From: a virus
Taxonomy: Duplodnaviria; Caudoviricetes
Direction: 5' to 3' (one strand)
Length of the DNA stretch: 64,000 nt
Virus record (IMG/VR): IMGVR_UViG_3300032007_000054
Coordinates: 1 to 64,000 of that record
This document shows, piece by piece, positions 39,329 to 47,672 of this stretch. Within the stretch, counting starts at the first letter, position 1, and every line of letters begins with the position of its first letter. A model generated the notes under the pieces. That model was not told the origin of the DNA. It did no database searches and worked only from the letters and a program-made list of their open reading frames with translations. The position numbers and the translations under genes are program-made.

Positions 39329-39673
39329 ATGACAAACCAAGAACGATGGGATTATTATCAGAGTGGTGCGCTGCAGCGTGCTACTGCTATTGAACTTCTT
39401 GACTGGGCCGGTTATTGGGCTGGTGCTGGACTTGATCCGATTACTGATCCGCTTCAGAAAGAGCAGACAAAGAAAGCCATTGAGCTGATCCTTAATGATT
39501 TGAGTGGGACTCTTAAAGTTGTTTCTGCTTTGGCAATCAGTGACGATACAATCAAGGCATGCTCTGTTGATGGTGTCACAGAACAGATCATTAAAACGGT
39601 CGTCGTGTCAATTATGGCTAACAAGCTTCGCTGGGTAACGGGTATTGAATTTCTTCCGGAAGTCGAAGAATAA
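39329..39673 (+). CDS. Hypothetical protein (possible fibre chaperone)
   Basis: GGAG RBS; paralog of 41330-41638. Confidence 0.55.
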   Translation: MTNQERWDYYQSGALQRATAIELLDWAGYWAGAGLDPITDPLQKEQTKKAIELILNDLSGTLKVVSALAISDDTIKACSVDGVTEQIIKTVVVSIMANKLRWVTGIEFLPEVEE

Positions 39674-39747
39674 GATATCGGCTTGGTAAAAACTGTGTAG
39701 AAGTTATTGATATTTTTATGCAGTTTTTCATATCAGAAAGGGATTTT

Positions 39748-40161
39748 ATGTCTAATATTTCAAAAGTTAGGGTAAACGGTACTGTTTATGACATAAAAGA
39801 TACTGAAGCCAGAACAGGTCTTCTTGCAAAGATTAGTGATGCTCCTACTGACGGAGAAGAATACGTTCGAAAGAATGGAGAATGGGCAATTTCATCTGGC
39901 AGTAGTGGAGAAAGTGGTAATGCCCAAGTTATGTATTACTATCAGCAACCAGTTAATACAGCAACGAACGCAGAAATTTTCCGCATTACAAATTCAAAAA
40001 TTAATACAGATACCGTTGTACTTGAATGTACATTCGAAAACCCGTCATATATTACAAGTGATGTGACTTGGACAAGTTATGAAGGCTATATCGCATTTAC
40101 TGGAACTTGTACAACAGCAACAACTGCCAATGTGACGATGGCGTATAAAACAGATCTTTAG
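39748..40161 (+). CDS. Small tail fibre-associated protein
   Basis: MSNISKVRVNGTVYDIKD start; DAPTDGEEYVRKNGEW motif. Confidence 0.55.
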   Translation: MSNISKVRVNGTVYDIKDTEARTGLLAKISDAPTDGEEYVRKNGEWAISSGSSGESGNAQVMYYYQQPVNTATNAEIFRITNSKINTDTVVLECTFENPSYITSDVTWTSYEGYIAFTGTCTTATTANVTMAYKTDL

Positions 40162-40305
40162 AGTAGCTAATATTTGGGTCGATTCAAGTACGAACCATAT
40201 TATGTGTAGCGTTATAAATACGGCATCGACTACTAAGAGTTTTGCATCAGGTCACTCCATAATAATTCATGAATTTTATTAGTAAACTTAAAGAGGAAAA
40301 TAATT

Positions 40306-40629
40306 ATGATTAAACAATCATTTTACACAACAATTGAAAATCAGGTACGTTCAGATGATTCAAAAGGGCTTCTTTACGATCATTACACCAATTACGAACA
40401 GGCATTGGCAAAATATTTTACGATTTGTGCTGCTGCCTCTGTATCTGGAATCCCGTACCATTCTGCTCATCTGCTTCAGGATGATGGGCGTATAATCATG
40501 CAACAAATCTTTGACCGAAGACCTGCAATTGAGCCAGGACCAGAACCGGAGCCAGAACCGGAAGGTGGTGAAGAAGAATCTGACGAAGAAGAACCTATTG
40601 TTGAAGTCGATGGAGAACCGACTGAATAG
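40306..40629 (+). CDS. Hypothetical protein with acidic Pro/Glu tail
   Basis: Open frame with GAGG RBS. Confidence 0.6.
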   Translation: MIKQSFYTTIENQVRSDDSKGLLYDHYTNYEQALAKYFTICAAASVSGIPYHSAHLLQDDGRIIMQQIFDRRPAIEPGPEPEPEPEGGEEESDEEEPIVEVDGEPTE

Positions 40630-40637
40630 GAGATTTT

Positions 40638-41330
40638 ATGGCGACTGGAACTATTCAGGTTATACAAAATGATATTCGTGATAAATGGTATTTAGCTAAT
40701 GGCTTAACTGAAAATGATGTTATTGCAGCCTATCAATTTGCCTTCGCGCCATCTGAAGCAGATGCCCTTGTTAATATAAACGAGGGAACTAAATATACTT
40801 TAAGAAAAGGAAGTGCTGTACGATGGCGATATTGTTCCGGAATGGATTTTTTAGAAGCAAATCAAAATGTTTGGGTGGATAATTCAACTATAAAAAGTAT
40901 GGCTAATAATGTTAAGGCTTGCGTTTTCGGTTTTCATATGAAAAATTATGCTGTTGGTAATATGATTGGAATGTATTTGACAGACAGTAGATGGCTTGGA
41001 CATAATCAGCATTTAACATCTGGTACACAATGGGGTTTTGTGATGAATGGTGGTAATGGATGGAGATCTACTGGTTGGAGATCTCAAACTGGAATTTTAG
41101 GATGCAATTTTGAAGCAAATTATATTTATGTTGATGGTGTGAAATATGGAACATCAACAATAAACCCGCCTTATGGTCGGGGGTATGGTGTCCTAACATA
41201 TCAAGCTGGTGATCTTGGTAATGCAAGCGGAATGATTTGTCCAGCATTAGTTTTATATAATAAAGCGTTGACTGATGCACAACATATAGAGGTTGCTAAA
41301 AATATTACAGACTTAGGAGCAATTAGATAA
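40638..41330 (+). CDS. Putative receptor-binding domain protein
   Basis: W....GL.E....AAYQF motif shared with 28650-29531. Confidence 0.55.
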   Translation: MATGTIQVIQNDIRDKWYLANGLTENDVIAAYQFAFAPSEADALVNINEGTKYTLRKGSAVRWRYCSGMDFLEANQNVWVDNSTIKSMANNVKACVFGFHMKNYAVGNMIGMYLTDSRWLGHNQHLTSGTQWGFVMNGGNGWRSTGWRSQTGILGCNFEANYIYVDGVKYGTSTINPPYGRGYGVLTYQAGDLGNASGMICPALVLYNKALTDAQHIEVAKNITDLGAIR

Positions 41331-41638
41331 TGACTCTTGAAGAACGAAACACAATCTTAAATTCGCCGTCCTTTCATGATCGTATTCGTGTCGCATTCTG
41401 TGACTGGATCAGTTATTGGGCGATTAACGGTACAGACAGTATTGAGGATCCTACACTTCGTAGTCAGACCGAAAGTATGATTCAAAGTGCTGTTGAAGAT
41501 ATTGATAAATACACCGGCAAAATTACGGTTCTTGCAATTTCTGATGCCGGTGTGATCGAAGCAACTGAAATCACTGACCAAGTGATTCGTAATGCTGTTA
41601 CAAGTATTATGTCTAATGCATTGGAGTATTTGATGTAA
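41330..41638 (+). CDS. Hypothetical protein, paralog of 39329-39673
   Basis: DW..YW...G.D.I.DP....QT motif in both. Confidence 0.55.
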   Translation: MTLEERNTILNSPSFHDRIRVAFCDWISYWAINGTDSIEDPTLRSQTESMIQSAVEDIDKYTGKITVLAISDAGVIEATEITDQVIRNAVTSIMSNALEYLM

Positions 41639-41639
41639 A

Positions 41640-41907
41640 TAAAAAGGGCTACGTAGCTTTTCATTCCTACATTATTCCTCCAATTTCAGCACTTTTTACG
41701 AGTAAAATTACCTTAATTAAATTATGGCTGATTTCGCTTAATTCCTTCAAAATGGTTTAATTTACTCGTAAATAGAAGTTTTTAAGTGCTGTATAAATGT
41801 CATAAAAAGCGGTACATTCCTACAAGTTACATACATTTAAGTTCATACAAAACTTAATTGATATTTTGTTGTAGGAATGTACTGTTTTTACATTGCGAAA
41901 AATGCAT
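41640..41907. other. Putative attP region
   Basis: Non-coding gap downstream of the integrase between convergent genes; several inverted repeats including a perfect 14-bp pair. Confidence 0.5.
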
Positions 41908-43146
41908 CTATTTTATTTTTTCGATTTCCGACTTTAGCCATTCATCGGATCTTGTAGTATAAACTGATTCTGTGATATCAGTGATTGTATGGCCGACAAT
42001 ATATTTAATTGCATACTCATTCAGTTCGTATTTCTTTGCTTGTGTGACGAAATGATCACGCCCATCATGCGGTTTATGCTCAGGATTCAAACCAAGAGTC
42101 TCTACAATGAATTTCATGTCTTCCCAGAAGTCAGTATAGCGGTATCTATGATATTTTACTTTGCCACTGCTGAAGACTGTTTTTCCTGTAAAAAGATATT
42201 CTGAGTCTGCTTCGACTGATTCATCATATCGTTTTTTAACCAAATCATAGATTTTTGAATGGATCGGTACAGTACGGTTGGTTCCGGCTTTTGTCTTCAT
42301 ACCGCCGATCATGATTCCTTTTTCAAGATCAACATTCTCAAGTCTCAGCAGTTCCATTTCTTTCGGACGCCAGCCGGAATAACATTGGATCAGGATAATA
42401 TCGATTCCTTCATACTTATAGATATTTTCCCAGAGAATTTTCATCTCTTTATCCGTGTACGGGATATGGTGCCGTACATCCGGATCATATTTTGAATTGA
42501 TCAGCATCGACATCTTGAATCCGCGGGAACAATTCTTGTCAACCAGATCATAAGCAACTGCATAATCCAGCATCTTGTTAAAAGTAATCTTGATTCGATC
42601 CTTGATCTGCGGTGTGGCAGTCTTAATAACTCCTTTTCGGTCAATCTTTACTTCATTCATACAGTATAAAATGTGCTTTGGACGAAGCTCGGTTACTTTC
42701 AGTTTTTCTATTTCTTTGCAATAACGCCAGGCACTTCTTGTCGATTCTATAACCGCTTTTCCAGCTTCTTCAAAGAATTTGGAACTCCATTTTTCGTATA
42801 ATTCTCCTACGGTCAGCGCATTTTGGAATACATATGGATTCTTGTTATATTCCAACAGTGCCTGATAAGCATCATTATAGGTTTCAAAATAAGCTTCCGG
42901 CTGCAGAAGTCTGCTTACCGGTTTTCCTTCGTCGTCCTTTCCAATCGTGACCATGGCTCGGAAAGGCTTACGAAGATTCATTCCTTTCAGCTCTGATATT
43001 TGTCCGAAGCCATTTGGCAGCCGGCGCCTTTTTGCCTGTTTTCTTCGTTTTGATGTACTTTCATTTTTCAGCGGATATCCGCAATGCGGACAGCTTATTG
43101 CTTTATCACTTACCGGCAGATCACATTCTGGGCATTTCGTTAACAT
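41908..43146 (-). CDS. int: Tyrosine integrase with N-terminal zinc ribbon
   Basis: Catalytic R (YSGWRPKE), K (GMKT), HxxR (PHDGR), H (VGH), Y (ESVY); CPEC...CPHC N-terminus; RRLPNGFG arm-binding-like segment. Confidence 0.92.
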   Translation of the reverse strand: MLTKCPECDLPVSDKAISCPHCGYPLKNESTSKRRKQAKRRRLPNGFGQISELKGMNLRKPFRAMVTIGKDDEGKPVSRLLQPEAYFETYNDAYQALLEYNKNPYVFQNALTVGELYEKWSSKFFEEAGKAVIESTRSAWRYCKEIEKLKVTELRPKHILYCMNEVKIDRKGVIKTATPQIKDRIKITFNKMLDYAVAYDLVDKNCSRGFKMSMLINSKYDPDVRHHIPYTDKEMKILWENIYKYEGIDIILIQCYSGWRPKEMELLRLENVDLEKGIMIGGMKTKAGTNRTVPIHSKIYDLVKKRYDESVEADSEYLFTGKTVFSSGKVKYHRYRYTDFWEDMKFIVETLGLNPEHKPHDGRDHFVTQAKKYELNEYAIKYIVGHTITDITESVYTTRSDEWLKSEIEKIK

Positions 43147-43252
43147 TGATATTTTCTCTCCTTGTAGGAGTTAATTATAATCCTACATTTTGCATCTCCT
43201 ATAGTGAGAGGACAAGGATGATCCTCTTGTGTTTTTAGAAAAGGAGTGAAAA

Positions 43253-43432
43253 ATGGAATATTTTGATGTATTGTATTATGTTGTTGATAGGAAAACAAAC
43301 AATTTGCTATTTAACGGGCATGGAAACCCGTTTTACAGTGATGTACTGGAAGCTATGCTGATTATGCAGAAAGCTCATCCGGAAATGGATTTGGAAATTA
43401 TTGAAGGGTCTTATACCCTTTTTGATAATTAA
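43253..43432 (+). CDS. Small hypothetical protein (59 aa), cassette 1
   Basis: MEYFDVLYYVVDRK...; AAGGAG RBS, stop abuts terminator; not in the provided ORF track. Confidence 0.7.
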   Translation: MEYFDVLYYVVDRKTNNLLFNGHGNPFYSDVLEAMLIMQKAHPEMDLEIIEGSYTLFDN

Positions 43433-43506
43433 GCCCGCAAGGGCTTTTATTTTTTACATCTCCTATAGTGAAGACAATGTCTGTCTTCGAGATTTTAGGA
43501 GGAAAA

Positions 43507-43590
43507 ATGGAAAATGTTGTATATAAGTTGTCCACAGAAGAATTGTGGAAATTGTTGATTTGGTTTGCATCTGTAGAAAGGAGCAAATAA
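43507..43590 (+). CDS. 27-aa peptide, cassette 2
   Basis: AGGAGG RBS; MENVVYKLSTEELWKLLIWFASVERSK; stop overlaps next ATG. Confidence 0.45.
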   Translation: MENVVYKLSTEELWKLLIWFASVERSK

Positions 43591-44000
43591 TGAAAATATT
43601 AGAGTACTTTAAAAACAGAATAAAGTTGTATAAAGTACGAAAAGAAAGAGAAGTTCTTTCCTGCTATATTGAGGCAGGATTAAAAAGAAAAGGTGTGTTG
43701 ATCGCTTTGTGCGAAAAACGCTATATGGACTATGTATTAAAAGAGTCCAGAGTTAAATGTTTATTCAGTTCAATAGAAGATTTTCGAAACTATATGTTTA
43801 AGTTCGAATTTCCATATATTGAAAATAGTTGTTTTCTGTATGGAAAACAGCAAAAAGAATTGGATCGTAATAAAGAAAAATTATTACGAGAGGATTGTAA
43901 TCCAGAGCATATTGTATTGCATTATAGTTCTGGAGATCCATCTATTTGTAAATACGATTATGTTTTATATGCAGAATGCATTGACGTAATTGGAAAATAA
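43590..44000 (+). CDS. Hypothetical protein, cassette 2
   Basis: AAGGAG RBS, ATG 43590; followed by repeat terminator. Confidence 0.65.
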   Translation: MKILEYFKNRIKLYKVRKEREVLSCYIEAGLKRKGVLIALCEKRYMDYVLKESRVKCLFSSIEDFRNYMFKFEFPYIENSCFLYGKQQKELDRNKEKLLREDCNPEHIVLHYSSGDPSICKYDYVLYAECIDVIGK

Positions 44001-44085
44001 TAAGGCCCGCAAGGGCTTTTATTTTTTACAACTCCTTTTAATTTTTGCCTTGAATTATGCACCTATTCTAATAATGGAGGTGCAT

Positions 44086-44430
44086 ATGATTTCTATAGAA
44101 TTCCAGCAAATTACTTATACAAATGGCTATAAAGTCAGACCAAGTCATCCTGTGGAGTGTCCAGATTGTAAGGACGGCCTTGCCATGTGGCGATATGGAT
44201 TTCGTCTGCGCAAAGTAAAAGATTTTCAGGGCAAATCCTATCAGATCAACCTGCAGCGGTATTACTGTCCGAAGTGCAGAAAGATATTTGTCATCCTACC
44301 GTCATTCCTGATCCCTTTCAAACAATATGATCGTGAGACTATTGCTAAAGTTCAAAATGGATTAATTCAGGGATGCGGCGCAAGCTACCAGAGTATTTAT
44401 CTCTGGATACGATTTTTACATATCCTCTAA
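44086..44430 (+). CDS. Zinc-finger protein (DUF6431-like), cassette 3
   Basis: CPDC...RxRKV...RYYCPKC...LPSFLIPFKQY; GGAGG RBS, ATG 44086. Confidence 0.65.
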   Translation: MISIEFQQITYTNGYKVRPSHPVECPDCKDGLAMWRYGFRLRKVKDFQGKSYQINLQRYYCPKCRKIFVILPSFLIPFKQYDRETIAKVQNGLIQGCGASYQSIYLWIRFLHIL

Positions 44431-44473
44431 TGAAGAGATAAAACTATATTCAAATCTCTTCAGGAGGAAAATT

Positions 44474-44854
44474 ATGTTTAAGAGTAAAAATGAAAAGATC
44501 GCTTTTGCGATCGTAATGATTATTGTTTGCGCTTTTAGCGTATGGTTTAACTGGCTTCGGCCGGTGAAACATGAGGTAAAAATTGCTCCTATGAAATGGG
44601 AGCAGCACTATTATGTTGGTGAAAATGGTTCTTATTGTGAAGGAACTGTTTGCCACATTGCTGTTCATCAGGATGATGGACATGTATATCGATATATTGA
44701 TCTGTTCAAAGATTGGACAGATAAAGAAGACGTTGATCGGTACTATTATTTAGCTCCGGTTGGTGTTGAATTTGAAGATATTGATAAAGCAGTAATTTGG
44801 TATTATGGAGAAATTACCGATGAAATAAATAGGTATATTGTATCTGATTACTAA
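44474..44854 (+). CDS. Membrane-anchored hypothetical protein, cassette 4
   Basis: N-terminal TM helix; AGGAGG RBS. Confidence 0.7.
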   Translation: MFKSKNEKIAFAIVMIIVCAFSVWFNWLRPVKHEVKIAPMKWEQHYYVGENGSYCEGTVCHIAVHQDDGHVYRYIDLFKDWTDKEDVDRYYYLAPVGVEFEDIDKAVIWYYGEITDEINRYIVSDY

Positions 44855-44883
44855 TTCTGAGCCCGCATGGGCTCTTATTTTTA

Positions 44884-44908
44884 TCGCAAAATTTGCAACT
44901 CCTATAAT
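44884..44908 (+). promoter_or_regulatory. Phage early-type promoter TCGC(A/G/T)AAA...TATAAT
   Basis: Same motif with a fixed 19-nt offset between TCGC and the -10 box at 44884, 46531, 47482, 51472, 53387, 55963. Confidence 0.7.
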
Positions 44909-44952
44909 GAGAGGACAAGGATGATCCTCTTATGTTTTAAAAAGGAGTAAAG

Positions 44953-45096
44953 ATGAAAAAGTTTTTAATTGGAATTATCAAGTACATAACGTACTATTTT
45001 GTTGGAACCGCATTTTGTTGCGGATTTTGGTACCTGCTTTTCGGCAGGGATGATAATGGAAAGAACAAGTTGGAGAAAGGAGGCAGTAATGCCTAA
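44953..45096 (+). CDS. 47-aa membrane peptide, cassette 5
   Basis: AAGGAG RBS; MKKFLIGIIKYITYYFVGTAFCCGFWYLLFG... Confidence 0.55.
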   Translation: MKKFLIGIIKYITYYFVGTAFCCGFWYLLFGRDDNGKNKLEKGGSNA

Positions 45097-45289
45097 CTTT
45101 GTGAATATGTATTTTGCGATCTGTTTGATCGCATGGGTTGTTGACGTGATTGCCATTGTGGTGATCATTGCAGTAAAACCACTGAGGAAGTGGTGTTGGA
45201 ACAAATACTGGGATCTTACCCGGTTGTTTTGTAAAAAAGCAAATGATTTGTCTTGGGAATTGATTAACGATAAATTCTCAAACGAATAA
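45089..45289 (+). CDS. Small membrane protein, cassette 5
   Basis: AGGAGG RBS, ATG 45089; single TM helix. Confidence 0.6.
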   Translation: MPNFVNMYFAICLIAWVVDVIAIVVIIAVKPLRKWCWNKYWDLTRLFCKKANDLSWELINDKFSNE

Positions 45290-45381
45290 AATCCTGAGCC
45301 CTACATGGGCTCTTATTTTTTACATCTCCTAATATGGAGGACAAGAATGATCCTCTTAGTTGTTTAGAAAAGGAGATAAAA

Positions 45382-45720
45382 ATGTTGTTTAAAAAGAAGA
45401 AGCATAATGTTTCAGATTTAGAAGAATCGAAAATCTATGTTATTGTAATGGATGAGTACAATCATAATAATAATTTGAAAAAATCATACAATTTGTATTA
45501 TACAAAAGACTTGAAAACAGCTAGCGAACAGTTGTTAGAAAGTTGTGAAAAGCATAAAGTTATATGTGAAAAATTTGATAAACGAGTTGTAAAAAAAGAA
45601 TTTTGGGGAGATACTTTATATGGCCCTTGGATTTGTTTAAAAATATATTATCCGGATATTCCGGATGAATATTATAGCTCGTATCAATATCATATAAATG
45701 TATTAGATATTAAAAAATAA
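45382..45720 (+). CDS. Hypothetical protein, cassette 6
   Basis: AAGGAG RBS, ATG 45382. Confidence 0.7.
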   Translation: MLFKKKKHNVSDLEESKIYVIVMDEYNHNNNLKKSYNLYYTKDLKTASEQLLESCEKHKVICEKFDKRVVKKEFWGDTLYGPWICLKIYYPDIPDEYYSSYQYHINVLDIKK

Positions 45721-45813
45721 ATTTTAAGCCCTACATGGGCTCTTATTTTTTGCATCTCCTATAATGAGAGGACAAGGATGATCCTCTTGTGTTTTTAAAT
45801 AAAGGAGATAAAA

Positions 45814-46170
45814 ATGTTGTTTAAAAAAGAAAAAAATGAATATGAATCATTATGTAAAAGTATTGAAAAAGAAAGTGAATTTTTATATGTTGAAATTAGT
45901 AAGAATATTACAGAAAATGAAAATCGAATACTTGAATTAAAGGATAAAATAGATGAAATAAATGAAAAATTGGATAAATTATATGAAAAAATTGTATATA
46001 AAGAAAAATATTATAGTATTTATATAAAAAATAAAAAAACTGGTAAATATGAAGAAAGCAATTACGGAAAATTTAATAGCAATTTAGATGCTATTAATAA
46101 AATGATTGAGGAATCATATAGAACAAAACTTGATATGCAAGTAATTGAAAGAAAAATACCAAGAGAATAA
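45814..46170 (+). CDS. Hypothetical coiled-coil protein, cassette 7
   Basis: AAGGAG RBS; extremely AT-rich. Confidence 0.7.
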   Translation: MLFKKEKNEYESLCKSIEKESEFLYVEISKNITENENRILELKDKIDEINEKLDKLYEKIVYKEKYYSIYIKNKKTGKYEESNYGKFNSNLDAINKMIEESYRTKLDMQVIERKIPRE

Positions 46171-46222
46171 GCCCGCAAGGGCTCTTATTTTTTACATCTC
46201 CTAATATGAAAGGAGATAAGTA

Positions 46223-46477
46223 ATGGAAAATAAATGTGAAATCAGAATTCTGTATGGAATTCGTGAAACGAGTAAAAGGAATTCCCCTTTATTGGGGGTA
46301 GTTTTCTCAAGTGAAGAGAAAGCAAATGAGTATATTGAACACATGTTGCCCAAAAAGTTATGTGTTGTTGAGGAAGGTTCTACTTATAATATTGAATATG
46401 AAGTAGTATTTATACGGTTGAATCCGTATTGTTCCGAAGGTTATGTTCAAGAAGTACGGTATGAACATGATTGGTGA
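46223..46477 (+). CDS. Small hypothetical protein, cassette 8
   Basis: GVVFSSEEKANEYIE motif; repeat-bounded. Confidence 0.65.
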   Translation: MENKCEIRILYGIRETSKRNSPLLGVVFSSEEKANEYIEHMLPKKLCVVEEGSTYNIEYEVVFIRLNPYCSEGYVQEVRYEHDW

Positions 46478-46702
46478 ATAAGATGCCCTACATGGGCTCT
46501 TATTTTTTACATATCCTTTTATTTTTTCAATCGCGAAATTTGCATACTCTATAACGGAAAGGAGTATGTTTATATGAATTAAAGAAGAGTTAGAGGATGT
46601 AGCGCGCATCCTCTTTCTTTTTTAATTTTATCGGTACGACTTTTTATTTTCGAATTTGATAAATCTTCTTACGATAATGTGCAGAGAAAGGAGACTCAGA
46701 AA

Positions 46703-46948
46703 ATGGAAGAAGAACTTGCAATCGGTAGTGTACCGGTCTCAATCGCTGCCAAAGCGTATGGAAAGGATGTATGCTGGGTCAGAGCAGGTCTGATCTGTGG
46801 CTGGCTGCCAATCGGCAACGCCACACGGAACGGAAAGCAGGTAACTGCGATCGAAGAAATGGACAGCAGATACGGGCGGATAAATTATTACATTTCGCCC
46901 AAGCTTTTATATGAGCAGACGGGTTATGCCTGGAAAGGAGAGCATTAA
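46703..46948 (+). CDS. Conserved small DNA-binding-like protein (possible excisionase/HTH)
   Basis: GSVPVSIAAKAYGKD..WVRAGLI.GWLPIG; AAGGAG RBS; function is inference. Confidence 0.5.
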   Translation: MEEELAIGSVPVSIAAKAYGKDVCWVRAGLICGWLPIGNATRNGKQVTAIEEMDSRYGRINYYISPKLLYEQTGYAWKGEH

Positions 46949-46951
46949 CCT

Positions 46952-47377
46952 ATGACAACCCAGAATCGTCCGGAAATATCGAAACAAAGTCCATATTGGA
47001 TCAGCCGACACAGATTCTATGAACTGAAGCATTTTTGTCTCCAGTATTATGAGTGGAAGAACGAACTGCAGTTCATCACGGAATGCCATCGACATCCGTT
47101 AGATGGCAAAGAATATTCATCCAATAACATCCGTCACACAGATCCCGTGTTTGAATGCGTAGTCCGGCGTGAAGAGCTGACAAAGAATATTGACATGATC
47201 GATAAGGCTGCAAAAGCTTGTTCGGACGATATCGGGAAGTATGTATTTAAAGGTGTGACAGAGGGAGTGTCTTTCGAGTATCTCTTTACTTCGGAAGATC
47301 GCATTCCCTGCTGCAAAGATTATTACTATGAGGCATTCCGGAGGTTTTTCTGGATCCTCTCAAAATTGCGAAAATAA
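46952..47377 (+). CDS. Conserved phage protein, possible ArpU/RinA-like transcription regulator
   Basis: RFYELKHFCLQY.EWK start and C-terminal helix pattern YY...RRFFW.L. Confidence 0.45.
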   Translation: MTTQNRPEISKQSPYWISRHRFYELKHFCLQYYEWKNELQFITECHRHPLDGKEYSSNNIRHTDPVFECVVRREELTKNIDMIDKAAKACSDDIGKYVFKGVTEGVSFEYLFTSEDRIPCCKDYYYEAFRRFFWILSKLRK

Positions 47378-47672
47378 CATATCCTATAATGGCTCGGAGT
47401 TATGGAAGATAGAGAAATAAGGAGAGAAACAAAGAGCTGTTAAAGACGAATCAAGGGTCAGAATTCTGGCCCTTTTAATTTTCGCAAAATTTGCATGCAC
47501 TATAACGGAACTAGTTTACTTTATTAGAAAGGAGTTAAAAGTGGACTGGCCGTTAGAAAAGCAGGAGATGATAGGCAGGAGTAACTTGCTGTTGGGAGAT
47601 AGCTACCCAACAGGTAGAGTATGTCTGAGCCACATCTCCTGCTATTTTTTATTTTTTGCATTTCCTATAATG

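Larger units (their letters stand above)
43188..46540 (+). repeat. Array of conserved intergenic terminator-promoter-hairpin-RBS repeats
   Basis: GCCC(G/TA)CA(A/T)GGGCT(C/T)TTATTTTT at ~43433, 44005, 44861, 45298, 45728, 46171, 46485 (and 53581); TGCATCTCCTATA(G/A)TGAGAGGACAAGGATGATCCTCTTGTGTTTTTA at 43191 and 45751, near copies at ~44895 and 45321. Confidence 0.9.

Noticed and set aside
40162-40305. Riboswitch or ncRNA in the intergenic gap
   Set aside because: Only weak short stems and an AT palindrome; no recognisable aptamer consensus.
44884-44908. Sigma54 (-24/-12) promoter
   Set aside because: TTGCA is present, but the upstream TCGC does not match TGGC and the spacing is two bases short; a TATAAT -10 box is present instead.
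43188-46540. CRISPR array
   Set aside because: Repeats are separated by 200-850 nt of coding sequence of variable length and contain promoter, terminator and RBS signals; no cas1/cas2 or effector genes.
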